This document shows, one piece after another, positions 34,080 to 44,226 of a stretch of DNA of 64,000 nt. The position numbers were made by a program, and so were the translations under genes. Source of the stretch: a virus (lineage: Duplodnaviria; Heunggongvirae; Uroviricota; Caudoviricetes). Position 1 is the stretch's first letter; each line of letters starts with the position of its first letter. The notes beneath the pieces are model-generated. The model saw nothing but the letters and a program-made list of their open reading frames with translations. It did not search any database and had not been told where the DNA came from. The DNA lies in IMG/VR virus record IMGVR_UViG_3300015615_000629, positions 432,711-496,710 of that record, one strand, 5' to 3'.

Positions 34080-34360
34080 CGTCTTTCCACCAATTCAAGA
34101 TATTTTTGATTCGCAAGTTTTATCTCGTCTCCCCTTTGAATGTATACTTGATCGAACTCGTCGAAAGAAATAACTTTCCAAGGGGGCTGCCCTTTACCGC
34201 TAAATTTGTAATGCCCTGTTATGGTATCTCCTACTCGCAGCCATACACGATTATTGTCGGCTGTCCAAGCAGCACACGCAAATAAACTGAATTCTCTAAC
34301 TGCCGCAAAGAAAGCAGAAATAAATACAAAAAGCAATAGCAATTCTTTTAGAGAGCACAT
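34076..34360 (-). CDS. Small secreted protein
   Basis: N-terminal signal-like LLLLFVFISAFFAAV. Confidence 0.4.
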   Translation of the reverse strand: MCSLKELLLLFVFISAFFAAVREFSLFACAAWTADNNRVWLRVGDTITGHYKFSGKGQPPWKVISFDEFDQVYIQRGDEIKLANQKYLELVERR

Positions 34361-34708
34361 TTAAATCAGGCTTTTTATTAATTGATCTGTAGTATTTAGC
34401 ACTTCATCCATTTCTTCCGTTCGATCCGTCACCAAAGTCAATTCTCCCTCGCGAGCAATTACATAAACCATATTTCCTACAGCGGTTTCATCTTCCCATT
34501 CTTTTAGGGCTCTTGCATCTTTGTATACAAATAACTCTTGTACCTGCCCAAATGGTACTGCCTCGTAGGTTGTGTAGATTTCTGCGGTTTCAGTATTTTC
34601 AATTACACAATTTGGCCAACGCTCCCTAAGAAACCGCACTACTGCTGCTAATGCGGTTTCTGGCTTAGCTGTTATTTCCCAAATGGTATCTCTTCCGCCA
34701 ATTTCCAT
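34361..34708 (-). CDS. Hypothetical protein
   Basis: ATG-initiated ORF. Confidence 0.4.
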   Translation of the reverse strand: MEIGGRDTIWEITAKPETALAAVVRFLRERWPNCVIENTETAEIYTTYEAVPFGQVQELFVYKDARALKEWEDETAVGNMVYVIAREGELTLVTDRTEEMDEVLNTTDQLIKSLI

Positions 34709-34929
34709 AATAGTATTGTAGCAAATCTAAAAATATAGTAAAGTGAAAATGTCTCTAGATAGTATCTCCCCGCAAGAGAGATTATAGATAAGGATAGGAT
34801 TAATTTATGGTTTTGTACTACGCTTATCCGATTATTTGCAAAATTATTGGCTGGATTAGTGTATTTTTTGCTATTAGCAGTTATCGGGGTTATGATGTAT
34901 TTTCACGAACCATACGACGATGAGGGGTA

Positions 34930-36345
34930 CTAAATTGTTTTTATATATCTCAAATGCCCTGCATCCCAAATTCTATCATAGCCATTTAACTTCATAATCT
35001 CATATTCCGGCAAGTCGGTAGAATACCCCTCCATTTTAACCAGTTTATGCTTTTGAAACTTCATCCTGTTAAAAAATTGTTTGTTCTTTATATTGTAATA
35101 CCCATATCCAGGTGAAGTTATCCCATCTAATTTAAATCCAATCTTTTCATACAAACCACCAATAGAATACCTTCGATCAGCATAAGACATAATGCTCTTT
35201 ACATCAAAACACTTCAACAATTTGCTAGCACCTCCAACAATATTCACTCCAAGTCTAGAACAATATCTTTTTAATTCATATCCATATTGTTTGTTCGGTA
35301 CAAGAGTCATGCAGGCGACTAATTCTCCATCGTGATACAAACCATATGCTAACTTAGAGTTGTCACTGCCTTGTAAGTGATTGATATTTAGAAAATTATT
35401 CTTTTCTTCAAACGACAACTCCTTTGACACCGTCTGGCGAGCATAAATTACAGCATTTGTTCTTAAATAGCCAGACAAACGGGATTTAACAATATCTTGT
35501 TTGTTTTCCCATTCATTCTCATATATCTGAATCAGGCGTATACCTAATTTGTCTGCAATTTCGGCTTTTTGAAAATGTAGTTTTTTACCAACTACAGACT
35601 CGGTGTGCCAATACATTCCATGATATTCTACCCCAAGTTTTAGTTCTGGAAGATAAATATCTATTTCTTTATAGTCTAACAAACGCTGATTAGTCTGTAT
35701 TTCACCGGAATGTTTAGTTTTAATGAAATCAGCAATCTCACGTTCACCTCTAGATTGGGACATCTCCCCAACACAACCGGGGCAGGCCAAATCAGACTTA
35801 AGATGTGTATAAGCAGCCTGTTCAAAGTCGCCATGTTTTTTACAAGTTATCTTAATTTTATCATGGGCTTTTGTGTAGTCGCCGTGATAAGTGAATTTGC
35901 CGCCATGCGTTTCAGTTGCTAGTTTCTCGAATGTTTGAACATTATAAGCCACGCCACCTTTACATTTCGGACAACCATTTTTAATGTTTATATGATTTGT
36001 TGCCGATTGGATAAATTCTCCATGATTAGGACAAATTATGGTTACTTTAGTGTAGATTCCATTAACGAGATCAACTTTAGAATAGTCATAAAAATCTCCA
36101 TGAACTTCTCTGGCACGTTTGATAAAAGTTTCTTTGGTGTGCTTGCCTACACCTCTACCAGCACAATGAGGGCAGCCACATTTTAAATGTCGATATGGAT
36201 ACTGTTCTACATCACCATGCCTTGGGCATTTGTAGAGAATCTTGGTAACTTTGTTGACATAAACGGTTTCTGAATAATCGTATTTGTCGCCATGTTTGGC
36301 GGTGGCTTTAACAAAAAACTTGGCTGGACTGGCTTTGCTAGACAT
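34930..36345 (-). CDS. Composite homing-endonuclease-like protein: three tandem Cys/His zinc-ribbon modules, a DUF559/Vsr-like PD-(D/E)xK nuclease and a GNAT-like tail
   Basis: Three repeats of HGDKYDYS..V......CP.HG.F.Q.......GCP.C. GVEYHGMYWHTE...IRLIQIYENEW is a DUF559-type motif. The C-terminal VGGASKLL...LYEKIGFKL resembles acyltransferase motifs A/B. Confidence 0.5.
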   Translation of the reverse strand: MSSKASPAKFFVKATAKHGDKYDYSETVYVNKVTKILYKCPRHGDVEQYPYRHLKCGCPHCAGRGVGKHTKETFIKRAREVHGDFYDYSKVDLVNGIYTKVTIICPNHGEFIQSATNHINIKNGCPKCKGGVAYNVQTFEKLATETHGGKFTYHGDYTKAHDKIKITCKKHGDFEQAAYTHLKSDLACPGCVGEMSQSRGEREIADFIKTKHSGEIQTNQRLLDYKEIDIYLPELKLGVEYHGMYWHTESVVGKKLHFQKAEIADKLGIRLIQIYENEWENKQDIVKSRLSGYLRTNAVIYARQTVSKELSFEEKNNFLNINHLQGSDNSKLAYGLYHDGELVACMTLVPNKQYGYELKRYCSRLGVNIVGGASKLLKCFDVKSIMSYADRRYSIGGLYEKIGFKLDGITSPGYGYYNIKNKQFFNRMKFQKHKLVKMEGYSTDLPEYEIMKLNGYDRIWDAGHLRYIKTI

Positions 36346-36382
36346 GGTGCTATTATAGCAGAAAATTTGATATTGACAAACA

Positions 36383-36422
36383 AAAAAACCTCGCGTGGAC
36401 TCAAATCCACGCGAGGTTTTTA
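36383..36422 (-). terminator. Rho-independent terminator just downstream of the major capsid gene (11-bp perfect stem CCTCGCGTGGA / TCCACGCGAGG, 6-nt loop, U-tract)
   Basis: Read directly from the sequence. A-run on one side and T-run on the other, so it may work in both directions. Confidence 0.7.
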
Positions 36423-36441
36423 TTCAATTTTCATTCTTCCG

Positions 36442-37884
36442 TTAGATTACAAAGTTAGCAATCGAGAGACGGGCATAGAACTTAGCACCTTCACGCAAGA
36501 GCTTTTTACCATATCGGGTAATTAAACCTTTACGAGGACAGAATCCATCTGGGTCTAATACAACCGGAGTTTGTGTAAGCGGCACATACGGGCAGAAGAA
36601 GTAACCCGAATCCATATAAGAATCACCTTTATAACCTAATAACATTTGGTTAGTTGGGAACAAAGGATCCTTATACAAACGCCAACGGGTATTAACCGTT
36701 CCCACGTACTGAACACCAAGCGAGCTGGTGAAGGTTTCAGACGGGGCTGGGGCGAAACCAGCGGTAGCGGTTTCAAACATCGAGGCAACTTCCGGAGAAG
36801 TTACGATCCAGTTAGCACCACCACGCAAGGTCTTACGGTGAACTTGGTTCGAAATTTCAACAGTCTTTACGAACAAAGATTCATACTTTTCTTTAATCGT
36901 GTCACCGAGGGCCGTGTTGAAATCCCAAGACGAAACAGTACCAGCACTGGTACGCAAGTCACTGAGAACTTCACGGTCGATTTCAAGATTAACTTCCTGA
37001 GCCAAAACAGCGGTCAATTCTTGTTCGGCATCAAGGTTATGCTGCGAACGAATATCTTGCTGGGCTTCGTAGCTCCAAACGGCTTTCAACTTACGGCTCT
37101 TAGCGACAATTTCTTCGCTTTCGATAACCATGTTGATTTCCGGGAGGTCTTGATTACACTCCATATTGTATTCATAGGATACAATTGCATAATTCGTGCT
37201 AGGAGTACCACCAGTCCAAGCAATGGTCAATTCACCCGTGGTGACGTTAACCGTGCTACCGGCCTGAAGACCCTTAACAGTCGGAGTTCCGATATCGACA
37301 AACGTAACTGTGCCACCTTCAGAAACGCTGAAAGTTTGAACAGCCGTAGCCGATTCATACAACGTTCCCGTAATGGTTCCGGCAAAAACCGGCGTGTGCT
37401 TGAACGGTTCGAAGACCGTGGTCGAGGCACCACCTGCATCGCTAGCCAAGGTTTCGTTCTGGACGAACGAGCTTGAGTAATAGATGTCAAGGTTTGCATC
37501 ACCAGAAGCGGTCTGCATCAAGCTTCTTGAATCATCACCTGGGAATCCGGAATTGCTTGCACCGAGGGTAGCACCCTTGTCGCTTCCGTAACGGAAACGG
37601 AGGTAGTACACCAAGCCGGTCGGGCCGAGCAACGGCTGAACCGACACAACTTTATTGGCAATCAACTGCGGATAAATACGACGAACAAGCGGAATACTAA
37701 TACGCTTGAAGTTTGCTACGTCAGAACTATCAGTAGCGGTTTCATTCATTAATCTCTGGTTTTCGAGAAGGACAGCTGCGCATGATCGGGTAAAGCGATC
37801 ATTGATGCCTTCCAGCAAACCAGTCGGTGCCCAGAGTGATTCACACTCTTTGGCTTCATTTAAGAATCTAGAATTTCCTTCCAT
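36442..37884 (-). CDS. Major capsid protein, T4 gp23-like
   Basis: LLENQ...ISIPLVRRIYPQLIANKVVSVQPLLGPTGLVYYLRFRY is a conserved gp23-family N-terminal region. The gp21/gp22 neighbours agree, as do the GC-richer codon usage and the terminator. Confidence 0.75.
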   Translation of the reverse strand: MEGNSRFLNEAKECESLWAPTGLLEGINDRFTRSCAAVLLENQRLMNETATDSSDVANFKRISIPLVRRIYPQLIANKVVSVQPLLGPTGLVYYLRFRYGSDKGATLGASNSGFPGDDSRSLMQTASGDANLDIYYSSSFVQNETLASDAGGASTTVFEPFKHTPVFAGTITGTLYESATAVQTFSVSEGGTVTFVDIGTPTVKGLQAGSTVNVTTGELTIAWTGGTPSTNYAIVSYEYNMECNQDLPEINMVIESEEIVAKSRKLKAVWSYEAQQDIRSQHNLDAEQELTAVLAQEVNLEIDREVLSDLRTSAGTVSSWDFNTALGDTIKEKYESLFVKTVEISNQVHRKTLRGGANWIVTSPEVASMFETATAGFAPAPSETFTSSLGVQYVGTVNTRWRLYKDPLFPTNQMLLGYKGDSYMDSGYFFCPYVPLTQTPVVLDPDGFCPRKGLITRYGKKLLREGAKFYARLSIANFVI

Positions 37885-37909
37885 ATCTTCCTCTATTTAA
37901 ATTTGCTGG

Positions 37910-38845
37910 TTATTCAGACTTTGTTACGCCCGAAAGAATTCTCATATTCTTCAATTCTTCTGGGCTGATTGCTTCCACCAACGTGGTGTTAGCAGCGGCT
38001 ACTTCTTTAACTTCTGCCTTCGGCTTATCAACCGTTTCAGCAATAAGTTCTTTATTAGTAACCTTACGGCCTTTACCCTCTACATGCTGTGCTTTCTCTT
38101 CACGCAATTCTCTCTTCTCTTCAACCTTTTGAGTCTTTTGTTCAGTCAAAAGATTGTGTGATTTCTTAACCTCTTCGTTAAGTTTCTGATTGTCCATAGC
38201 CAAACGAATGTTCTTGGCTTCAACAATCTTCAAACGTCCGCTGAGGTCTTCAATATGCTTATTGGATTCTTCCAATTTCTTGCTTGTAGCAAGGCTATAT
38301 TCTTCGTCAGAAATGTAATTGGCAACCGTATCAACAATGTGATCCAAGGCAACCTTGTGTTCAGCCATTGTTGGGTCGTTAAGAACATCACGACGGGCTT
38401 GTTCGTAATAGGTGCGTCCCTTGAGCTTCAAGAACTGATCCAATTTATCAATCATGTTCTCTTCAAGTTCGGCATACTTCTTGTCATATTCTTCATAAAG
38501 ACGAGTTTCTAAATCGCCACTCTTGGATTGTTCGTCTTCGAGCATCTTGGCAGCAATGCTATACTGTTCATTCTGGAAACTTTCAAACTCATTACGTTGG
38601 GTTTCCAAACGATTACGAAGTTCTTCGATAATCGTGGCGGCTTGCTCGTAGCCTTTAGTAGCGGTTGCTTCAGCTTCCTTAAGTTGGCCAGCGAAACCTT
38701 CATAAGCTTCATCCAATTTTTCCTGATATTCAGCTTCGAGTTCAGTCTTTGCTTCATTCAAAGCTTCATCTACAGCAGAAGTGACTTCCTTAAGAGTATC
38801 TTCAGGGAGAATAGAACTTAATGCTTCGACAATTTTATTAGGCAT
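37910..38845 (-). CDS. Prohead scaffold protein, gp22-like
   Basis: Highly charged, E/K-rich and helical (coiled-coil). It sits between the protease and the MCP. Confidence 0.6.
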   Translation of the reverse strand: MPNKIVEALSSILPEDTLKEVTSAVDEALNEAKTELEAEYQEKLDEAYEGFAGQLKEAEATATKGYEQAATIIEELRNRLETQRNEFESFQNEQYSIAAKMLEDEQSKSGDLETRLYEEYDKKYAELEENMIDKLDQFLKLKGRTYYEQARRDVLNDPTMAEHKVALDHIVDTVANYISDEEYSLATSKKLEESNKHIEDLSGRLKIVEAKNIRLAMDNQKLNEEVKKSHNLLTEQKTQKVEEKRELREEKAQHVEGKGRKVTNKELIAETVDKPKAEVKEVAAANTTLVEAISPEELKNMRILSGVTKSE

Positions 38846-38853
38846 TTCTTTAT

Positions 38854-39570
38854 TTACCTCGTTTTAATCTTTCGTGTTTGCTCTGAAACAATCCCGCTTA
38901 AGCAAGCCTTTAATAGTTGCTTGTTTTTATATATGCTGGACGGTTCATTTTTTACGGATAAATTTTCGTTATATCCTGGTGTGATAACGCTTTCACGCTT
39001 TGGACTAACGACTTTTTCTTGAAAAGCAGCATACGTGCTTGGATCGGCAACGGCATCAAACGTAATAAGTTTGTAACCTTCACCAATTACCAAAACACCT
39101 TCTTCATTCACGCTTCCATTACCAACGCCACGGCTACTAATTCCAACTCTAACGCCGGAATCAATAAGTCCTTTAAGAATTTTTCCATAAGGGGTTGGAA
39201 GAATTTCTCCTTCGCCCATTAAGGATTTACCTTCCCACCACAATTTGGTAATTTTGTGGGAAACGTTAGCAAAGTGAACAATAGAATCTGTTGGATGATC
39301 AAGTTCTCCGACCAAGCCCCCAGACTTAATAGCTTCTTGTAATTTCTTTACATTTCCATCAAGAATACCGAATGGATAACTTCTTTTATTTTTGTTAATC
39401 GCATCGGCTTCTTGAAATTTGCCACGGAACCTAACGAGTTTATAACCGGTATCCGTGGTGGATTCGGAGATAACCATTTCGTTTAAAACGGCTCCGCATT
39501 CCCCATAGATTAGGTACTGTTCCCCGTAGGTAATTCCGTTGGAAATTAAATCTTCAGTTAGTAATCGCAT
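38854..39570 (-). CDS. Prohead core protease, T4 gp21-like
   Basis: AAAGGAG SD upstream. GKFQEADAINKNKRSYP...VGELDHP...SHKI resemble the gp21 His/Ser regions. Synteny with the scaffold and MCP. Confidence 0.65.
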   Translation of the reverse strand: MRLLTEDLISNGITYGEQYLIYGECGAVLNEMVISESTTDTGYKLVRFRGKFQEADAINKNKRSYPFGILDGNVKKLQEAIKSGGLVGELDHPTDSIVHFANVSHKITKLWWEGKSLMGEGEILPTPYGKILKGLIDSGVRVGISSRGVGNGSVNEEGVLVIGEGYKLITFDAVADPSTYAAFQEKVVSPKRESVITPGYNENLSVKNEPSSIYKNKQLLKACLSGIVSEQTRKIKTR

Positions 39571-39578
39571 TTTCTCCT

Positions 39579-41396
39579 TTAGAGATTCGCTACTGCGTCT
39601 GCTTCTTTGCCCTTGTTAAGTTGCGGTACAACAGACTTAGGAACGTAAGGATTCTGCAATGTTGGCCAAGTATCTCCCTGATCCGTGGCCAATTGATCTG
39701 AATCGGAATCGATATCCTTTTCACCTTTAATCTTAAATTCGCCGGCCTTTGGAACGTAAGGGTTACTTAAACTTGGATAGGCGTCTTCGCCACCAATATT
39801 TCCCCAACTGTTTCCACGCATTTCATCGGCTAAGCCACCTTTGTAGCTCTTACCATCGCTAACCGGTGCTGGGTCGCCCCAATCGCCACTTCCATCGGCG
39901 GCTGGGCTATAACCCTTTTTGGCAAGTTCGGCCATCTTTGGATGGTCGCCATTAAGCGTAGTGTGAACACTACCGCTTGGGTTCCAATCACTTGTTTCCA
40001 AATTAGTTTCAACTAATTCTGTCAGCCAATCGACAGCAGATTCAACTACTGTAACTTCTGGCTCGACATGGCCACGAATAATAGAAGCCAATTCATTTAA
40101 ATGATTAGCGGCTTCGGTGGCTACTAAAGTGTTATCATCTGCCTGAGCGGCTTCATAAACTTCTCTAATAGCAGAATATAAATCAACAAATACTTGCATT
40201 TCCAACTTGTGAGTTTCATCCAGTGTCGGATAGAAAACATCAACCATTTCGGCAAAGCCAAGATAAGCATCATCTCCTTCTGGTGTTTTATTACCAGAAA
40301 GTCTGACAACACGATTAACTTTGTCCGTATAAGTGTTGTGAGCAAGTCTTAAAATTCCTTCTGCCATGAATTCGCAAGTTTGGTCATCGAAATGAACCGC
40401 ACCAGCAGTTTCCAGGCAGGATTTAATGCTCTTGGCCAATTCGCTCTGAGTGAGATAAATTACTTCTGGCCAACGACTTACGATTTCTTCGCAAGCCTCT
40501 TCCATAGCATTATTATCAGAAAAACCATTCTGACGCTTGAAGTCGGCTATTTTCTTAATGAAATCGGTATCTTCGTTAAGTTTCTTAGCGTTTCCACGAA
40601 GAACTTTAACGTCTGTATTAAGAGTTTTCCAATTAAAAGTAAGAATCTTGGCTTCGTTACGGGCATGATAGGTAGGCAATTTCAAGAATACGACATTGCC
40701 TTCGTTATCGTGTCTGGCGACGGATTCTTTAATAACGTTTCCGTGTTCGAGAATTCCAAGATAATCATTAACGGTTTCGCAAAGATTAGCCCATTCACCA
40801 ATTTGACGAGTGATACGTTGTCTCTTAAGTCTCAAAAGATTCTTCTGACTAGGAGAACGCTTTCTGAAATTAATCTTTTTGGCACGCATACGACGAGCGG
40901 TAACGGCTGGAGATTCGCGGTGTCTCGGCGTGGTTTGCCAGCGAACCTTTTTGTAGCCAACAATCTTGCCATTTTTACGGATAGGAGCAGAACGTAATTT
41001 CTTTTCTTCAAAGAAAACTCTCTTAACCGACGGAAGATTCAAATATTCTTCGAAGCAAACATCGGCTTGCTTATCATTTCCTTCTAGGACAGATTCGAGC
41101 ATTTTACGTAAAACGCCACGTGATTTTTCTCCTTCACTTGTTTCATCAATCACAAGTTGTTCAATATTTTCAAAAGCGACAGCACCTTCTTTAATTACGT
41201 AATTGACATGAACATAAGTTCCGTCATTACATTCATAAAGTGCATTTTCGCCACCATAACAACTTAATTGAAGGCTTTCCAAGCCCAAGGCTCTCGCAAG
41301 AATGGGAGCCGATTCAGTTAATTCTAATTCCGAATTTGAAAGAGATTCGCTTTGAAGTTTTTCAAAAGCATCAAACTTAATGAGCTTTCTTTTCAT
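39579..41396 (-). CDS. Large prohead-core / internal virion protein with a C-terminal tandem repeat
   Basis: Position upstream of gp21-22-23. The acidic C-terminus carries two (Y/W)P(S/T)L(S/Q)NPYVPK repeats. Confidence 0.45.
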   Translation of the reverse strand: MKRKLIKFDAFEKLQSESLSNSELELTESAPILARALGLESLQLSCYGGENALYECNDGTYVHVNYVIKEGAVAFENIEQLVIDETSEGEKSRGVLRKMLESVLEGNDKQADVCFEEYLNLPSVKRVFFEEKKLRSAPIRKNGKIVGYKKVRWQTTPRHRESPAVTARRMRAKKINFRKRSPSQKNLLRLKRQRITRQIGEWANLCETVNDYLGILEHGNVIKESVARHDNEGNVVFLKLPTYHARNEAKILTFNWKTLNTDVKVLRGNAKKLNEDTDFIKKIADFKRQNGFSDNNAMEEACEEIVSRWPEVIYLTQSELAKSIKSCLETAGAVHFDDQTCEFMAEGILRLAHNTYTDKVNRVVRLSGNKTPEGDDAYLGFAEMVDVFYPTLDETHKLEMQVFVDLYSAIREVYEAAQADDNTLVATEAANHLNELASIIRGHVEPEVTVVESAVDWLTELVETNLETSDWNPSGSVHTTLNGDHPKMAELAKKGYSPAADGSGDWGDPAPVSDGKSYKGGLADEMRGNSWGNIGGEDAYPSLSNPYVPKAGEFKIKGEKDIDSDSDQLATDQGDTWPTLQNPYVPKSVVPQLNKGKEADAVANL

Positions 41397-41495
41397 AATA
41401 TTTTTTGACTCCTCTTTAAACTATATAAAGCCGTACCGACACTTTCGGTTAACATATAGATATGCATGAGTTTATAGTTTTTATCGGAGTTTATT

Positions 41496-41834
41496 ATGAA
41501 AACCTTTGTTGACTATCAAAAACTACGTGAAATGAGTGCTTTAGACGTAGGGAAAAGTGCAGTTGGAGGCACTGCATTAAGCAACGATGAAGAGGGAGAA
41601 ATGGGTTCTTTGTTTAAAGTAGCCAGATTGGGCTGGGACAGATACCGAGGAGAAATGGTATCGTTTTTGCAAAAGTTGGCTCACAAAGACCCAGATATCC
41701 AAGAAGAATTTAGCAAGATTAAAGACTCTGGATTTGGCAAATTATCAAGTGCTGTTAGGAGAATCAAACCCGAACCTGACATAGTAGGTCGTCCACAATC
41801 AGATTTTGGTGCAAGTGATCTTGACCAAGAATAA
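41496..41834 (+). CDS. Hypothetical protein
   Basis: GGAG SD, ATG. Confidence 0.4.
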   Translation: MKTFVDYQKLREMSALDVGKSAVGGTALSNDEEGEMGSLFKVARLGWDRYRGEMVSFLQKLAHKDPDIQEEFSKIKDSGFGKLSSAVRRIKPEPDIVGRPQSDFGASDLDQE

Positions 41835-41856
41835 AAACTTTGTTAAATAACTCCTT

Positions 41857-42447
41857 ATGAGTTTTATAACATTTTTCTCTAACAACAAGAATGAAGTAGC
41901 ATCAATTATCTTTAGAGCCGATGTTACTACACCGCAACTACTTAGGACTGCTGAGAATAGATTTGCTACTGACAAGCCTGTTCGTCAAATGCTTTGTAGG
42001 CTTTTGCCTGAGTTCTTTTCTATCCTAGATAGTTGTCGCTCAGACCTCTTATTTCGTCCTTATCAAGAAGGGATTTCCCTTAAACGTATGGATGAAATTT
42101 TTCCTAGACCTAAATTAGTTGGTCGTGGCAAAACTTGTACTCGGCCGATAGTTATTATCAATAGTTTAGGCAAATCTACTTCTATGTCCTTTGATGCGGA
42201 CTATTTATTAGCTTATCAGCCGGCGTCAAGAGTACAGAGATTCTCTGTCGGAATAATGCATGGCTCTAAAGTTACTAAATTGTGTCAGAAAATTGGCGAT
42301 CAATGGAAAATGAGTCATAAACTTTCTGATTGGGATTTTTTTCACGAATTCCCTTTTACCCTGTCTTTTTCGAATAAAGATAAGGTTAATGACATCTGGA
42401 CTTTGGGCATAGCAAAGATTATAGACGAATGTTATGCTTGTTTTTAA
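41857..42447 (+). CDS. Hypothetical protein
   Basis: ATG-initiated ORF. Confidence 0.4.
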   Translation: MSFITFFSNNKNEVASIIFRADVTTPQLLRTAENRFATDKPVRQMLCRLLPEFFSILDSCRSDLLFRPYQEGISLKRMDEIFPRPKLVGRGKTCTRPIVIINSLGKSTSMSFDADYLLAYQPASRVQRFSVGIMHGSKVTKLCQKIGDQWKMSHKLSDWDFFHEFPFTLSFSNKDKVNDIWTLGIAKIIDECYACF

Positions 42448-43402
42448 TTCAGATTGTATTACTCAAAATTATCTACCCGATGCTTCGGTAGACCTGCTAA
42501 TCTGCGATCCCCCTTTTGGCATTGATGAAACCACGTTTCATAAGCATTACAAAAGGGATGAATCGTATGTAATTAATGGCTACGTTGAAGCTCCCTCGGA
42601 TTATTATCAATTTTCACTTGATTGGTTGACTCAAGCAAAGAGAGTCATGAAAAAAGACGCAACTCTTTACATTATATCGGGTTGGACAAATTTAAGGCAT
42701 ATATTAAATGCAGTTGAAAAAACCGGTTTTTCAACAATTAATCATTTAATTTGGAAATTTAATTTTGGCGTGGCAACCAAGAACAAGTATGTAAGTTCTC
42801 ATTATCACATACTTTATGTCACAACAGGCAAGCCAAAATTTAATACGTATTGCAGATTTGGTTCGCAAGAGAAGGCATTGGGTAAGTCCTTATTGTATCA
42901 GGACTTAGAAGATGTATTTGTGATAAACAAGGAATACATGCCAGGGAGCGTAAAGAATAAGAACAAGTTACCTGATGCTTTGGTGGAGAAGTTGGTACTT
43001 TATTCATCGTCTGTGGGGGATGTGGTTGGGGATTTCTTTTTAGGGAGTTTTACAACGGCATTCGTAGCTAAAAAGTTAGGGCGTATTCCTGTAGGATTTG
43101 AGGTTAACCCTGAGAGTTTCAATCATTACTTAGCAGAATTGGATGCTTTAGAATTAGGAAGTGGGTTAGATTCATTAAAGAAGGTTGTGAATACTATTCC
43201 TGTAAACCAGGGGAAGAGGATTAGTATTGCGGAAAGGGAAGCGATATTGACTGATTATCAGACTGGGATTGGTACGAAGAAGGAGATTATTGCTTATTTG
43301 TGTGATAAGTATGGAAGAGGACGTTTTGCGATAAAGAACATCTTGGATGAAAGTCTTAATTCTGATAATGCTGATCACAATAATATTGGAACTTCTATTT
43401 AG
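42434..43402 (+). CDS. DNA N6-adenine / N4-cytosine methyltransferase (beta class, N6_N4_Mtase)
   Basis: FNSDCITQNYLPDASVDLLICDPPFG (motif IV, DPPF) precedes GDVVGDFFLGSFTTAFVAKKLGR (motif I). The IV-before-I order marks beta-class amino-MTases. Confidence 0.7.
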   Translation: MLVFNSDCITQNYLPDASVDLLICDPPFGIDETTFHKHYKRDESYVINGYVEAPSDYYQFSLDWLTQAKRVMKKDATLYIISGWTNLRHILNAVEKTGFSTINHLIWKFNFGVATKNKYVSSHYHILYVTTGKPKFNTYCRFGSQEKALGKSLLYQDLEDVFVINKEYMPGSVKNKNKLPDALVEKLVLYSSSVGDVVGDFFLGSFTTAFVAKKLGRIPVGFEVNPESFNHYLAELDALELGSGLDSLKKVVNTIPVNQGKRISIAEREAILTDYQTGIGTKKEIIAYLCDKYGRGRFAIKNILDESLNSDNADHNNIGTSI

Positions 43403-43425
43403 GTCGATATGGCATAAATAGGTTT

Positions 43426-43695
43426 GTGAGTAATCTTTATCAATATGGTCCTGATTTAGTTGCGTTATTGCGAGACAATGGCAATAAAGCATTAGTTAAA
43501 GTATTAAAAAGCAACAGGTATAAGTCTGGTGCTTTGTTTGATGTTTCTTGGAATGACTTAAGAAAACAGAAAGAAAAAAGAATTATTCCACGATTTGAAG
43601 ACCCATGTCCGACTTGTGGAACTGGCGGACATATGAGTGGCATAGAATGTCCAGGATGTGGATTTAAAGAATGGTATTCTCTATATTCTTTATGA
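43426..43695 (+). CDS. Small zinc-ribbon protein
   Basis: CPTCGTGGH...CPGCG. GTG start; no ATG available. Confidence 0.35.
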   Translation: MSNLYQYGPDLVALLRDNGNKALVKVLKSNRYKSGALFDVSWNDLRKQKEKRIIPRFEDPCPTCGTGGHMSGIECPGCGFKEWYSLYSL

Positions 43696-43758
43696 TATTT
43701 TTAACCATCTATACGTTGGCAATGGCTGGAATATTGTGGTTTTTATTTGTCACAATTC

Positions 43759-44223
43759 CTAGATGGTTCCGCAAAGATTAACTAAATGATCGACTTCTGC
43801 GTAATTAATGGTGACTTCTCCATCTTTAAACTCTAGATGGCTCAATATAATTCCCTTTGGGAAATCTTCTAAAATCCCCTCACAAAGTTCTTCTGAGAGA
43901 ATAACTGTAAAATCGCATTCTTTATCTAGCCGGCTGCTTGCTAATGGCAGTTGTTCGTATGACCTAACCTTATATGTTTTATAATTACTTAATGTTTTGC
44001 CTGAAGTAATTATAAGCATTTCATCCTGTAAACGGTTATAAATTCTTGTCAGCAAAGGAATGCTTATTCTATTGAAAAGAGGGTCGTCTCCCCAGCAGAA
44101 AATGGTATTATAATCTACCTGAGATTGTAACAATACTGCCAATGCTGTTTTATCACCAGCCGCTTCTAAGAGTCCTGTTTGTTCCCAATTTTCTCTTATT
44201 TCCCAATTTTTGTCTAATTCCAT
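43759..44223 (-). CDS. Hypothetical protein downstream of the portal
   Basis: ATG-initiated ORF. Confidence 0.45.
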   Translation of the reverse strand: MELDKNWEIRENWEQTGLLEAAGDKTALAVLLQSQVDYNTIFCWGDDPLFNRISIPLLTRIYNRLQDEMLIITSGKTLSNYKTYKVRSYEQLPLASSRLDKECDFTVILSEELCEGILEDFPKGIILSHLEFKDGEVTINYAEVDHLVNLCGTI

Positions 44224-44226
44224 AAT

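Noticed and set aside
36646-37476. 276-aa + ORF
   Set aside because: It is antisense to the major capsid gene, and its translation is Arg/Ser/Asn-rich.
40380-41202. + ORFs of 205 aa and 78 aa
   Set aside because: They are antisense to the prohead-core gene.
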